DNA of 51,752 nt from Octopus sinensis (GCF_006345805.1 NW_021833950.1:1-51752); one strand, 5' to 3'; shown: positions 1 to 12,078, numbered from the stretch's first letter. Made by a program: numbers and translations. Notes: generated by a model not told the origin, from the letters alone.

Positions 1-55
1 TGCAGCAATGAAATAATAGGTAGAATGGTTTTAAGAAGATGGAAAGAAACGATTA

Positions 56-399
56 GAGGCAGAAAGAAAGAGAATGTGAGAGAGAGAGAGAGAGAAGAGA
101 GAATGAGAGATTGAGAGAGGAGGACCTAGAGAAAGAGAAGTATTGTATTTTTATGTAAGAAGAGAGTAATTCTAAGAGATGTAGCAGGAAAAGAGAGAAC
201 GAGGGCAACATGGAAAGAGAGAGCGAGCGAGAGAGAGAAAGAGAGTTGTAGATGTGTATAAATATACAAACGTTAATAGGCCTCATAGAAAAACACGTAC
301 GCAAACACACGCGTACGGGCGATTGCAGTGCAGACACACATGAGTGGAAGACAGGGGAAGGATTCGAGCGAGTGGGAAAGATGAGGAAGAAGCAGAGGA

Positions 400-439
<40 letters not shown>

Positions 440-854
440 CAGAGATAGAGCTAAGAATAACAGTCATTGCACAAACACAACAACACACGCAGACAATTTC
501 TCGTATACAAGCAGACATGCTCTCCTCACGAACACGCACAGACGCAATGAAAACACACACACATACACACACACAAACACACATACACACAGACACGTGC
601 ACACAGACACATACACACACACATACACACACACACATACACACATACACATGCACACATACACATTCACACAGCCTCATGCACACATACACATTCACAC
701 AGACACATACACACAGACACACATACACATACACACACATACACAGGGAAAGAGAGAGAAAGAGAGCAAGTGAAGAAAGAATACCATCCAATATGCACAC
801 ATGCTTATTACACACACAACTCCCACACACAAACACACACACAGATGGGGGAAG

Positions 855-880
<26 letters not shown>
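56..880. repeat. Compound (GA)n / (CA)n-rich microsatellite field
   Basis: Direct: GAGA runs at about 56-435, CACA/CATACA runs at about 470-845, (TA)n at 855-882. Confidence 0.9.
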
Positions 881-887
<7 letters not shown>

Positions 888-1140
888 GTATAATAGTACG
901 ATTAAGAGTTGGTACGAGAAAGACGAAGAGATGTAGAGATAACAAGGCAGGGCAGAATATTCACGAATATACATTCCTCCATGTGTGTGTCTACGTGTAT
1001 AAAGGTGTATATGACTTTTATGTGAACGGCTTTCTCGAAACGTGTGTGAGTGTTTGTGTATGCGTACATGTTTACAAATATCCCTGTATGCATGTAAGTA
1101 GGCACGTACACACACATTCGTATATAAACATATATATATA

Positions 1141-1330
1141 TGCGGACATCGCTCATGAATGTGAACATGGCGGATATATTTCTCAAGTATCCTCCATTTT
1201 GTCAGAACATTTTATATTAAAGATACACGTTTATTTTGCGCAATTTCAGCCATGATTTACCTTCGACAGTCTTAGAAAAGAAAGCATCAACCATGTCTCT
1301 TCTTCCGATATTTTTTAACTTTTATTTTTA
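1141..1330. repeat. 190-bp local duplication, copy 1 (partner 2333-2522)
   Basis: Direct: tgcggacatcgctc...ttttaacttttattttta occurs twice, with 2 substitutions seen. Confidence 0.95.
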
Positions 1331-1499
1331 TATATATATTTATATATCCACAAATAGACACTGTTATATTAATATATATATATAATTATATATATGTGGA
1401 GAGAGAGAGGGGGGAGAGAGAAACACATGTATAAATGTATGCATATATGTAAATGCATAAATTTACACATACCCTCGACAGACATCTTGCATTAATACG

Positions 1500-1824
1500 T
1501 ATATACTTATATATGTATGTATGTATGTATGTATATATATATGTATGTGTGTGTATACATATGTATGTATGTATGTGTGTATACATATTTATGTATGTAT
1601 GTATGTGTGTATATATATAAATATGTATGTATGTGTGTATATATATATATATATGTATGTATGTGTGTGTATATATATATAAATATGTATGTATGTGTGT
1701 ATATATATATATATGTATGTGTGTGTGTGGCCGTATTTTTTAAACGTATGCATACTTGCATATTTATAAACATATGTATAATGTATATACGAATATCTCT
1801 GTTGTCTCTCTTTCTCTCTCTTTG

Positions 1825-1877
<53 letters not shown>

Positions 1878-1925
1878 TATTTAATCTGTCTGAGAATAGA
1901 GCGAGTGTTATATATATATAAATAT
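1500..1925. repeat. (TATG)n/(TG)n/(TA)n compound microsatellite
   Basis: Direct. Confidence 0.9.
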
Positions 1926-2332
1926 AAGAATTCATTTGTGGATATATGATGACTGAATGAATATCTTTGTATTACCAAACAATTTGTAGAGAGGTTTATG
2001 AAAATTTGACATTTCCAATTATATTCTGTGAAATTTATAGAATACCTGTACGTATACTTCAGATCTCGGTGTCTCTACAAACCCATATATATATACATAC
2101 ATATAAGTAACTATGTGTGTGTGTGTGTGTGTTTATATGTATGTATTCGTATGCATTTGTTTTGCGTTTATAGGTATAAGGTTAGTACATCTGTCCGCTT
2201 TATCGCTTTATGCTATTTTAAAAGGATATTTAAAGACACAGAATGAGACAGAAAGTTCCTCCACTTAAGTATTCAACAGTGCACAAAATAGATGACAACT
2301 TTAATAAATGACAACAGCCGATATTTTCAAAT

Positions 2333-2522
2333 TGCGGACATCGCTCATGAATGTGAACATGGCGGATATATTTCTCAAGTATCCTCCATTTTGTCAGAAC
2401 ATTTTATATAAAAGATACACGTTTATTTTGCGCAATTTCAGCCATGATTTACCTTCGACAGTCTTAGAAAAGAAAGCGTCAACCATGTCTCTTCTTCCGA
2501 TATTTTTTAACTTTTATTTTTA
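2333..2522. repeat. 190-bp local duplication, copy 2
   Basis: Direct match to 1141-1330. Confidence 0.95.
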
Positions 2523-2884
2523 TTTTTATTCTTCGGAGATTCTTTATATTGAATCAACTTGTCACGCGGTCACTAGAATCTGATATTCATGAGAATTGAC
2601 TGCTTTTTCTAGCATGTTGATCAGTCTCATAGATGCAGCCCACTTTAACTTGACATTCTATAACTCATTGTACTGCTGTCAATAGGAGTTGAATTCACGG
2701 GGAATTGACAACCTTTTTTTATAGAATATAGAGCAGTCACATAGATGTCTCACTTCGGTTTAACACCCTGTAACTTATTGTACTGTGGTGCTCATATTTG
2801 TGGATACTATCATTAAGAATTTTATTTACCTTTATCTTAATCTTTAGAGATTTTAACAAGCAACTTTATTAACTGAACGACGAG

Positions 2885-2943
<59 letters not shown>

Positions 2944-2948
<5 letters not shown>

Positions 2949-3199
2949 TGTTGTGTCTGGGGAGAGTCATTCTCTTTTAGTGCCTTATTATTCAACACAT
3001 TCACCGGTAAAATTTCCAATTATTTCTTTTTTGTTTTTCTAAAATTTTCTTTGCGTGTTGCAACCTTTTCAATAGTCAAGACTATTGAAAAGGTTGCATT
3101 GAAAATAGAAATAAGAAATAAGTGGAAATTTTACCGGTGAGTGTGTTAAATAATAAGGCACTAAAAGAGAATGACTCTCCCCAGACACACAACAGTATA
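2944..3199. mobile_element. Foldback (head-to-head inverted) element, likely an inverted PLE pseudo-LTR pair
   Basis: Direct: 2944-3027 is the reverse complement of about 3112-3199; central perfect 19-bp arms tgcaaccttttcaatagtc-aa-gactattgaaaaggttgca. PLE origin is inferred from the HHR-like motif. Confidence 0.7.
3039..3075 (-). ncRNA. Hammerhead ribozyme-like motif, U3-A8 core variant
   Basis: Minus strand: CUA-UUGAAAA-G-GUUGC-AACAC-GCAAA-GAAAA-UUU-UAG; stem I CUA/UAG, palindromic stem III AAAAUUUU; the stem II closing pair is mismatched in this copy. Confidence 0.5.
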
Positions 3200-3261
3200 T
3201 ATTTCGGAATGGCTAACGGTTAGTAAGGAGAGTGACAAATAAGAAAGGAGAAAACAAAGGA

Positions 3262-3301
3262 CCACTGATGCGGTCACAGGAGTGTGACGAAAGAACTCTG
3301 G
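3262..3301 (+). ncRNA. Hammerhead ribozyme-like motif (type I, A9C)
   Basis: CCA-CUGAUGC-G-GUCACA-GGAG-UGUGAC-GAAAG-AA-CUC-UGG; perfect 6-bp stem II, stem I CCA/UGG. Confidence 0.55.
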
Positions 3302-3447
3302 CGGAAATAAGATTCAGTTTAATGTAAAAAAATAAATAACACTGAAGCAAAATAACACCAAAAAAAAAACAACACCAAATATATATTGCGTGTGTTTTTA
3401 TTGGCTAAACTGGCAAAAAGACCATTCCGAAATTAACTATATATATA

Positions 3448-3507
<60 letters not shown>

Positions 3508-3881
3508 TCTGTAATGGGACATAATTCCATGTACATGTTTTACCGGTATTCACGGATGAGAAACGGGTACATACAGAAACACATACATGAGTGTGGGTTC
3601 ATGTACGTGTGTATGTGTCTGTGTGTGTGCGTGCTAAATCATGTTTTATTTATCCCGCTCTTCTTGAAATCCTCGGGGGAAAGGTGATACACGTTAGCCT
3701 CAAACCCAGAGCCTCGAAGTTGTTGCTGAGAGGCATTCATTTAAGACAGAGAGCCAGACTAAACTGATATATCCGCTTTGGCCTTGATAATGTCGGATGG
3801 ACTTTAATCGTGTGGTCTAAATATTAAGGATACTGATTGATAAAATAGACACCCGACACAATTATTATGATCTATTCTATA

Positions 3882-4289
3882 GGCGCAGGAGTGACTCTGT
3901 GGTAAGTAGCTTGTTTACCAACCACATGGTTCCGAGTTCAGTCCCACTGCGTGGCACCTTGGGCAAGTCTCTTCTACTGTAGCCTCGGGCCGACCAATGC
4001 CTTGTGAGTGGATTTGGTAGATGGAAACTGAAAGAAGCCCGTCGTATATATGTATATATATATGCGTGTGTGTGTTTGTGTGTCTGTGTTTGTCCCCCTA
4101 GCATTGCTTGACAACCGATGCTGGTGAGTTTGTCCCCGTTACTTAGCGGTTCGGCAAAGCAGACCGATAGAATAAGTACTGGGCTTACAAAAGAATAAGT
4201 CCTGGGGTCGAATTGCTCTATTAAAGGTGGTGCTCCAGCATGGCCGCAGTCAAATGATTGAAACAAGTAAAAGAGAGTAAAAAAGAGAG
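3882..4289 (+). mobile_element. tRNA-derived CORE-like SINE (family A, resembles octopus OR2)
   Basis: tRNA-like head (TGGTAAG...GTTCAGTCC), CORE-like ACCTTGGGCAAGT, internal (TA)(TG) microsatellite, AAAGAGT tail; about 10 copies in the window. Confidence 0.85.
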
Positions 4290-4334
4290 CGTATTCAATG
4301 TAAGACAGCATGCCGGACTAAATGCTTTGTGGCA

Positions 4335-4490
4335 TTTCTTCCGACTTTACATTGTGATTTCGAATTCCGCAAATGTCGACTTTTCCTTTCAACATTTTGG
4401 GGTCGATGAAATAATTAACCAGTTCAACAGTGGGATGGGTGTAATCGACTACCCACTGACCGAAATTTTATACTTTGGGATATGATAGTA
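4335..4490 (+). mobile_element. Degenerate Meta/MESC-domain SINE (family B)
   Basis: gtcgacttttcctttcaacattttggggtcgatgaaat resembles the family B core. Confidence 0.55.
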
Positions 4491-4653
4491 CCGACTAACC
4501 CTCCTCGAAAAGCTTGCATGATTCTTAACCCAAAAGCCATTATGTTTTTTTGCTCTTTATTGACTCTTCCCAAGAACCAAACTTTTGTACTTTTGGTGGA
4601 GCAACAGTAGCGATATAATACTTGACTGGTACTTTATTTGGCCATCTTCGTAT

Positions 4654-5038
4654 GGGGAAGCACTCCGTCGGTTACGACGACGAGGGTTCCGGTTGATCCG
4701 AATCAACGGAACAGCCTGCTCGTGAAATTACCGTGTAAGTGGCTGAGCACTCCACAGACACGTGTACCCTTAACGTAGTTCTCGGGGATATTCAGCGTGA
4801 CACAGAGAGTGATAAGGCCGGCCCTTTGAAATACAGGTACAACAGAAACAGGACGTAAGAGTGAGAGAAAGTTGTGGTGAAAGAGTACAGCAGGGATCAC
4901 CACCATCCCCTGCCGGAGCCTCGTGGAGCTTTATGTGTTTTCGGTCAAAAAACACTCACAACGCCCGGTCTGGGAATCGAAACCGCGATCCTATGACCGC
5001 GACCCGCTGCCCTAACCACTGGGCCATTGCGCCTCCAC
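4654..5038 (-). mobile_element. tRNA-derived SINE family C, full length, 11-bp TSD CATCTTCGTAT
   Basis: Head GTGGAGGCGCAATGGCCCAGTGGTTAGG...TTCGATTCC; TSD at 4643-4653 and 5039-5049; paralog at 38427-38814. Confidence 0.9.
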
Positions 5039-5394
5039 CATCTTCGTATAAACAACGGCTTTACTTTCATAAGGGTTTTCGTTTTGTTCCTTAACTTTCT
5101 TAATGGATCATAGCGTTAAATCTCATAAACGTTTGTTAAAATTTCTCCCCATTTTACTAACTGATGAATTACATATAACGGTGGCAAATTTGTGTATAGA
5201 TCGAAATCAGGCTTATTTTCGTGATTTTTGTACTATAACGGACGGAAATACAATTTAGAAGTTTAATTTTCAGATACGCGGTACAGGTGTTGTCCCACTG
5301 CGTGGCATCTTGTTTCATTAGCTTGTTATAAGCGTCTCGTCAACCAATTCATTCAGCGGGAAATTCGTTTCACAGAGAACAATACGAACTCCCA

Positions 5395-5582
5395 GGCACG
5401 TGGACACACGCTGCCACAACACACATCTTTTTTCTCTCCTTATTTTTTCTGTGTCCTTTTCTGTAGAAGAGCGTAGGCTCGAAACGTAAAATACATTTTT
5501 TCTATTCCTGAGCGTTATACTAATACATCTGTTTGTTTTGTGCACCACCTGTATTCGTCTTTGGTTTTTTTCGTAAACTCTC
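5395..5582 (+). mobile_element. Short HHR-bearing repeat (GAGC-stem family)
   Basis: Shares the HHR layout and downstream ctgagcgt...taatac with 23040-23200 and 45333-45538. Confidence 0.55.
5457..5492 (+). ncRNA. Hammerhead-like motif with CUGUAGA core variant
   Basis: UUUU-CUGUAGA-A-GAGC-GUAG-GCUC-GAAAC-GUA-AAAU; A6 is replaced by U. Confidence 0.4.
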
Positions 5583-5584
5583 CC

Positions 5585-5712
5585 TACATATATATATGTA
5601 TATATATATATATTATTATATATATTATATATATTATATATATGTATAATATATATATAATATATGTAATATATGTATATATATATATATTATTATATTA
5701 TAGATATATATG

Positions 5713-5752
<40 letters not shown>

Positions 5753-5766
5753 GTATATATATATAT

Positions 5767-5806
<40 letters not shown>

Positions 5807-5834
5807 TATCTTATATATATATATTATATATGTC

Positions 5835-5876
<42 letters not shown>

Positions 5877-5878
5877 AT
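5585..5878. repeat. (TA)n-rich microsatellite
   Basis: Direct. Confidence 0.95.
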
Positions 5879-6100
5879 GCACGTGCTTGTGCGTTCATGT
5901 ACTAAGTTACATCACTGTCCCTTAGCCAGGCTGTTGGTAGATAGATATCGGTAAAAAGGCAACCATGTGGATAAGTAGACCAATGAATAAATGTAACTAG
6001 ACCTACGAAAGGGGCCTGCCCTGCATGGCTGGAGTCTAATGACTAAAACCAGGAGAAGAACTGAATGTGCACGCGCGTGTGTGTGAATGATGTGTGTGCT

Positions 6101-6226
6101 TTGTGTGAATGTTGTGCGTTGTGTGAATGTTGTGCGTTGTGTGAATGTTGTGCGTTGTGTGAATGTTGTGCGTTGTGTGAATGTTGTGCGTTGTGTGAAT
6201 GTTGTGCGTTGTGTGAATGTTGTGCT
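6101..6226. repeat. 18-bp minisatellite x7 (ttgtgtgaatgttgtgcg)
   Basis: Direct, 7 units. Confidence 0.95.
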
Positions 6227-6941
6227 TGTGTGTGTGTAAATAGTATAGAGCTGGTCGAAAAGTGTTTAAACTATTTAGTTAAGCCATCTTAGCTGTTTCA
6301 TTTCTTAAATTATCAGTTGCATAAGTGAGAGAGTGCAAGCACATATTATCGGCTTCTAAGTGATTTGTAACACCCAGAGATAACTACTAGGTGTAGTTAT
6401 TATCAGTGATACCATGACATTGTCCAGATGAGTTAGAACGAGAAAGATTTTATGAGTGCTATACAAACTCTGATGATTTGATTATAAATTATAAACTCTG
6501 CTTATACACCTTTCTTTAAGTATCGGATATTATTACTGTCAATGAAATTGGTGTAACATGATGTAATTAAATATAGTAAGAAAAACTAAGCTTTAATCTT
6601 TTCCTGTATCTATTCATTTGTCTTTCTGACTACAGAGACAGATCAGAAACCATTTAGAATATAGTACGAGCTCTCCACGCAATTTTCACCTTTGCTGTAC
6701 AAAGATGCGCATGGCGATATTAGCTGTATATCAGGCATTTTAAATCGCATCATATAACTATATAATACGTATATATACACACACAAGTATACAAAAACAT
6801 ACTTAAATATACGTATAGGTCATAAAGCGTCGAGGGGTATGAGAAACGAATATATTTATTTAAAAACTTAGTATCCGTAGGATGATGGCCGTTTCACAGC
6901 GGTCATCATATAATAATATATATAATATATATCTACACACT

Positions 6942-6980
<39 letters not shown>

Positions 6981-6981
6981 G

Positions 6982-7030
<49 letters not shown>

Positions 7031-7046
7031 TATATATACATATATA

Positions 7047-7184
7047 CGAGGGGTGTAGTAAAATTTCTGGCTTTGGGTAAAATATAGAAGAATCAATTAA
7101 GTATCATTTTATTCAGCATGTTCCACTCCCAGATTCCCGCACACTTTGCGCTGGGCCTCCAGGAACTTTCCAGCAGCCACTCCT
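7047..7184. mobile_element. Mariner-type MITE (TA-CGAGGGG terminus)
   Basis: Starts tacgagggg...ttctggctttgggtaa with an imperfect inverted 3' end; relative at 32511. Confidence 0.55.
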
Positions 7185-8204
7185 TTTGTATATACATTGC
7201 ATACATATATATATATATATATCTATATATATATATATATATATATATCTATATATATATATATAGCAATGTAGAATAGCTTTCGAATACTATGTTTATT
7301 CATATTGACTTCCACATTTCGAAGAAAACTATTTCTTCGTGATGATATATAGGGAAAAAAAATGTCAGTGGATTTTAATCCACTAAAACTGTAGAAATTT
7401 CTCTTTGCATCACTGTTTGCTCTTCTTAATTTGTTGTCCAGTTTCCCATCGCAATTTCATCCTTCAGGGACTTCAGCAAATGCTTTTCGTTTTGCAAGAT
7501 TTGGCGACAAATATTGGGTTGAACGGGCGGTTCCGCAAGTTTCGTTCCACCAGTTTCATGATCACTCAAAAAGGTTCTCTCGATAACACCTTGTGTGTAT
7601 GGGATTCTGTGTGATTGTGTGCGTATAAGTGTGTACAAGTGTTAAAGAGAGAGAGAGAGAGAGAGTGTGTGTGTGTGTGTGTGTATGTGTGTATCTGTGC
7701 AAGTGTACTGGAAACAGTCGTTCACTAATATTTCATTTAATGTGGAAATGCCTGAGCATTACTTAGACATATTTACCCTTAAATTTATAACCATGTTCTG
7801 CAGTACAGTTTACATTTTGAACCATTATGCCTTTCAAACAGAGGGCTTCGATACAGTTTGCATCTCCCCTCTGCTCAATTCCACTCAGAAGATGTGGTTT
7901 GACCCGAGCATATATTGCAAAAAACGTGCCTAAGAAGCCATAGCGTGAGATCGAAATAGAGGTGCCATCTTTACGAAACAAACTTATTGTGACATACAGC
8001 AAACGATTGAGCCACACTGGTGTGCGTCTGTGGACGTGTGTGGTTGTGTGTGTGTGCATGTAGTTTGTGACACACAGAGCCAACGATTAGCGATTGCTAG
8101 TAATGATATCAAGTACATAATATATCCGATATTTGCGAAGATATATATTTACACACAGATACACACATAAACACATAGAGAGAAACACCACACAAACACA
8201 CGCA

Positions 8205-8242
<38 letters not shown>

Positions 8243-8355
8243 ACCATAACCGACCAGGCTATCAGATGTTGCTACACATCGCTGGTCACAATGCACTTCC
8301 CATTTTTTTAACCTTCAAATGACGCCACCCCGATGGCTAAGCGTGCATGCTAATA

Positions 8356-8515
8356 GGAGTGAAAGAAAGTTGTGGCGAAAGAGTACAGCAGGGTTCGCCA
8401 ACCCCAACCCCTGCCGGAGCCTCGAGGAGCTTTTAGGTGTTTTCGCTCAATAAACACTTACAACGCCTGGTCTGGGAATCGAAACTGCGAGTACGCTGCC
8501 CTCACCACTGGGCCA
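8356..8515 (-). mobile_element. SINE family C, 5' part only
   Basis: Similarity to the 5' portion of 4654-5038. Confidence 0.75.
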
Positions 8516-8525
8516 CACACACACA

Positions 8526-8593
<68 letters not shown>

Positions 8594-8599
8594 TATATA

Positions 8600-8766
8600 T
8601 ACGACGGTCTTCTTTCAGTTTCCGTCTACCAAATCCACTCACAAGGCTTTGGTCGGCCCGAGGCTATAGTAGAAGAAACTGGCCTAAAGTGCCACGCATT
8701 GGGACTGAAGCCGGAACCATGTGGCTGGTAAGCAAGCTACATACCACACAGCCATTCCTGCGCCTA
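8600..8766 (-). mobile_element. SINE family A, 5' half
   Basis: Similarity to 3882-4050. Confidence 0.8.
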
Positions 8767-8987
8767 TAATTTGATCGGTTATGATTGTTTATTTTTAGGA
8801 TGATATTGTTGGGCAGATGTAAGAGGCCGAATCTGGCCAGTTTGAATATAAAGTAGGAAGACTTTTTGAGCCGGATATGCCCATTTATATACGGAAGGAA
8901 TAAATTTGTTTAGTCGGGAATATCTTCAAGACCTCTCACAGTGAAATACCGCTGTATACTCTGGAGTACAACACCCAGAATCAGAAA

Positions 8988-9149
8988 TACAGTTCTATAT
9001 TTAAGAGATGAGGAATTAGGCACATCATTTACATCATTTACATTTGAAGTTGTTAACACAAAGTTTCGGCTGGTATACCCTCCAGCCTTCTTCATGTGTC
9101 TTGGCGAAATTTCGAACCTGGGTTCTCATTCCTAGTGTATTTTTCGATG

Positions 9150-9224
<75 letters not shown>

Positions 9225-9297
9225 TCATTCAGGTCACTTCCTGGACTCGATCTCGCAGTCTTGGGGTTAGTAGACCGCGCTCTTAACCACCACGCCT
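8988..9297 (-). mobile_element. Penelope pseudo-LTR, inverted copy: tRNA head + (TAC/AAT)n + HHR + tail
   Basis: Reverse complement matches 33747-33960 and additionally carries the tail ...atctcttaaatatagaactgta. Confidence 0.85.
9055..9100 (-). ncRNA. Hammerhead ribozyme motif (mutated copy)
   Basis: GACAC-AUGAAGA-A-GGCUG-GAGGGUAUAC-CAGCC-GAAAC-UUU-GUGUU; C3A and G16.2U changes. Confidence 0.6.
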
Positions 9298-9310
9298 TAG
9301 TAATAATAAT

Positions 9311-9546
9311 AACCCCAAGATTCTGAGTACGATTCCAGGCAGTGGCCTAAATAATAATAATAATAATATATAATAATAATAATATAATAATAATAATAAT
9401 AATGACATCGAAAAATACCTTAGGAATGAGAACCCAGGTTCGAAATTTCCCCAAGACACCTGATGAAGTCTGGAGGGTATATCAGCCGAAACGTTGTGTT
9501 AACAACAAACAAGATGAGGACAAATTTCCGTCAAATGTGAATAATG
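9311..9546 (+). mobile_element. Penelope pseudo-LTR, sense copy truncated within the tRNA head
   Basis: aaccccaagattctgagtacgattccaggcagtg + (AAT)n + HHR; the composite 8988-9546 is flanked by TSD AGAATCAGAAA (8977-8987, 9547-9557). Confidence 0.85.
9455..9500 (+). ncRNA. Minimal type I hammerhead ribozyme, intact core
   Basis: GACAC-CUGAUGA-A-GUCUG-GAGGGUAUAU-CAGCC-GAAAC-GUU-GUGUU; stem I GACAC/GUGUU, palindromic stem III AACGUU, predicted cut after 9495; one stem II mismatch. Confidence 0.75.
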
Positions 9547-9883
9547 AGAATCAGAAATGTTTGTAAAATATAAGATGAGGTGAGCTGCACAGAAACATGG
9601 TCCCCAACAGGTTCTGAGTCTGATATTAGGTGCCCCTAATGTAACGGGATTTCATATCAATATTTACCTAACAAGCCATAAAGATTAAAGCTGTTTATCA
9701 AGATATCTTTAGAGAAATGAAAGGCCGAATGGAAATACTGGTCAGGTTGCTCTTTATTATATAAGTTGGAATACTGTCAATAGAGGAATGTGTAGCTGTT
9801 ATTTCTAGAAAAGTCCCGTTAAATCGTAGAAACGTGTGTTGATAAACTACGTACATGCCGTTCAGCATATTTTGTATCCCACA

Positions 9884-10112
9884 GCGGCGAGCTGGCAGAA
9901 ACGTTAGCGCGCCGGGTGAAATGCTTAGAGGTATTTCGTCTGTCGTTACGTTCTGAGTTCAAATTCCGCCGAGGTCGACTTTGCCTTTCATCCTTTCGGG
10001 GTCGATAAATTAAGTACCAGTTACGCACTCGGGTCGATGTAATCGACTTAATCCGTTTGTCTGTCCTTGTTTGTTCCCTCTATGTTTAGCCCCTTGTGGG
10101 CAATAAAGAAAT
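9884..10112 (+). mobile_element. Meta/MESC-domain SINE (family B), full length, 17-bp TSD
   Basis: Core GCCTTTCATCCTTTCGGGGTCGATAAATTAAGTACCAG; TSD ATATTTTGTATCCCACA at 9867-9883 and 10113-10129. Confidence 0.9.
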
Positions 10113-10478
10113 ATATTTTGTATCCCACATGCCTGCATGTCAGAAGTGATAACAAATTTCTTCGATCCAGCTCGTCTATAAATAACGAATCTACTTCTAA
10201 ATGGATGTTCGGCTCAAATGGCAGTCAAATCTCCTGCAGATAGCATCATACTCTGTTTAGATAATAAATCGGTCGGACACTTTGCATAATGTAAATTTGG
10301 AGGGGGTGGAATTAAAAAGGGGAACAAAAGAGTACAGTCGCGATTGGGATGCCCCTTTGATCATGTGGCAGTTCGGTCATTGCTGACTTGACGCTGAACA
10401 TCTCATCCGATTATGGAATATCATTCTCTCCCTGGTTCCCTATCTCTGTGTCTCTTTGTCTTCCCCAGTCTCTCTCTA

Positions 10479-10526
<48 letters not shown>

Positions 10527-11574
10527 ATATATATAAAGGTGTAGTGGGAGTAATTGTATGTATGTATGATTAGTGACACAAATGGAAGAAAGAGTATTAT
10601 GAACATCTGTTTTTCTATACTTTTCCTTTTGAACACTCGTCCTCACAAGCAACAGATCACACGCTCCCAATACTTAGCAAGTATTCCGCTGAAACAGGAC
10701 GGTTGAAAGCCATATTAGAGCGATTCAATACCGCTATAGATCATCCAATGCTTTGCCTATTCTAGAAATCACAGCTCATCAATATATAGGTTGTTGTGCT
10801 GTTTTGTATTTTATTTTTTCTTATTTTCTTTTACATCGGGGGTGAATTAACTGTTGGTTACTCGGTTTCCATATCGTATAAGTGACCGAGATCACATTTC
10901 GCAGAACAGGACGTCGGTCAATTGCAGATTTCTAGGCCAGCAATTTTGAAGCGAGGGAAGAAATTGCTTGCATCGATCCCCAGTACTTAACTGTTAATTT
11001 CTTTAATCGACCTTGAGGAAATGAAAGGGATATTTAACCAGGACCAGATCTGAAGTCAGAGCGTAAATTGATAGAAGAATCTCCGCTGAGAATTTTGTCC
11101 GACCAACTACTGATTCTACAAGTTCGTCGTCTTAGAAACAATTAGCATTCATATATTGGTTTGATCGGTCATTCACGTCGACGCTACTCAACGTTTCAAT
11201 GTTTCTCGTTCCTTCTTAATCTTTCTTCGAAAGACAATCATCTTATGTTTGTCTCACTACACATATATGAATGTATGCACACACATGTTCTTTTCTGCTT
11301 TTAATTATTTAAAATTTTCTTTGGCAGAAGGAGCTGGGTTCTAACAAAGATACAAAGCTCCATCTTTGGAATGTAGATAACGAAAACAATGTCAGATCTT
11401 AAACTTGAGAAAAGTCTTGCATAGTTTTACTGTTCTGCTTACAGACAGTATTTACAATGTACGAATCAGATCGTAGATTTTTTTCTGAAACTCTAAGATT
11501 GTCCTGACTGACAGTTAAGCTTTTACTTACAAAAGCAAGTGCTCCAATTATAATTGGTGTAAGTATAAATTTGC

Positions 11575-11792
11575 AACCCGGATATAGAACCTGGAGATTG
11601 CGAAGCAGTTGTTCCTGGTCATCGTATTTTACTTGGATTTTTCAAAGAGATAATTGCATCAGTCGGACAACTGACCACTATGACGTTACTTGCCTTTTCT
11701 CGTATGTCCCAAACAACAATATCCTATGTATGTATGTATGTATGTATGTATGTATGTATGTATGTATGTATGTATGTATGTATGTATGTATG

Positions 11793-11824
<32 letters not shown>

Positions 11825-12078
11825 TGTATGTATGTATGTATGTATGTATGTATGTATGTATGTATGTATGTATGTATGTATGTATGTATGTATGTATGTA
11901 TGTATGTATGTAGTATGTATGTATGTATGTATGTATGTATGTATGTATGTATGTATGTATGTATGTATGTATGTATGTATGTATGATGTATGTATGTATG
12001 TATGTATGTATGTATGTATGTAGTATGTATGTATGTATGTATGTCTGTATGTATGTATGTATGTAGTATGTATGTATG

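Noticed and set aside
5311-5346. Minus-strand UUGACGA...GCUU/AAGC...GAAAC motif
   Set aside because: The outer stem II does not pair, and stems III and I are missing.
7309-7329. Hairpin cgaagaaa/tttcttcg resembling an HHR stem II
   Set aside because: No CUGA core on either strand.
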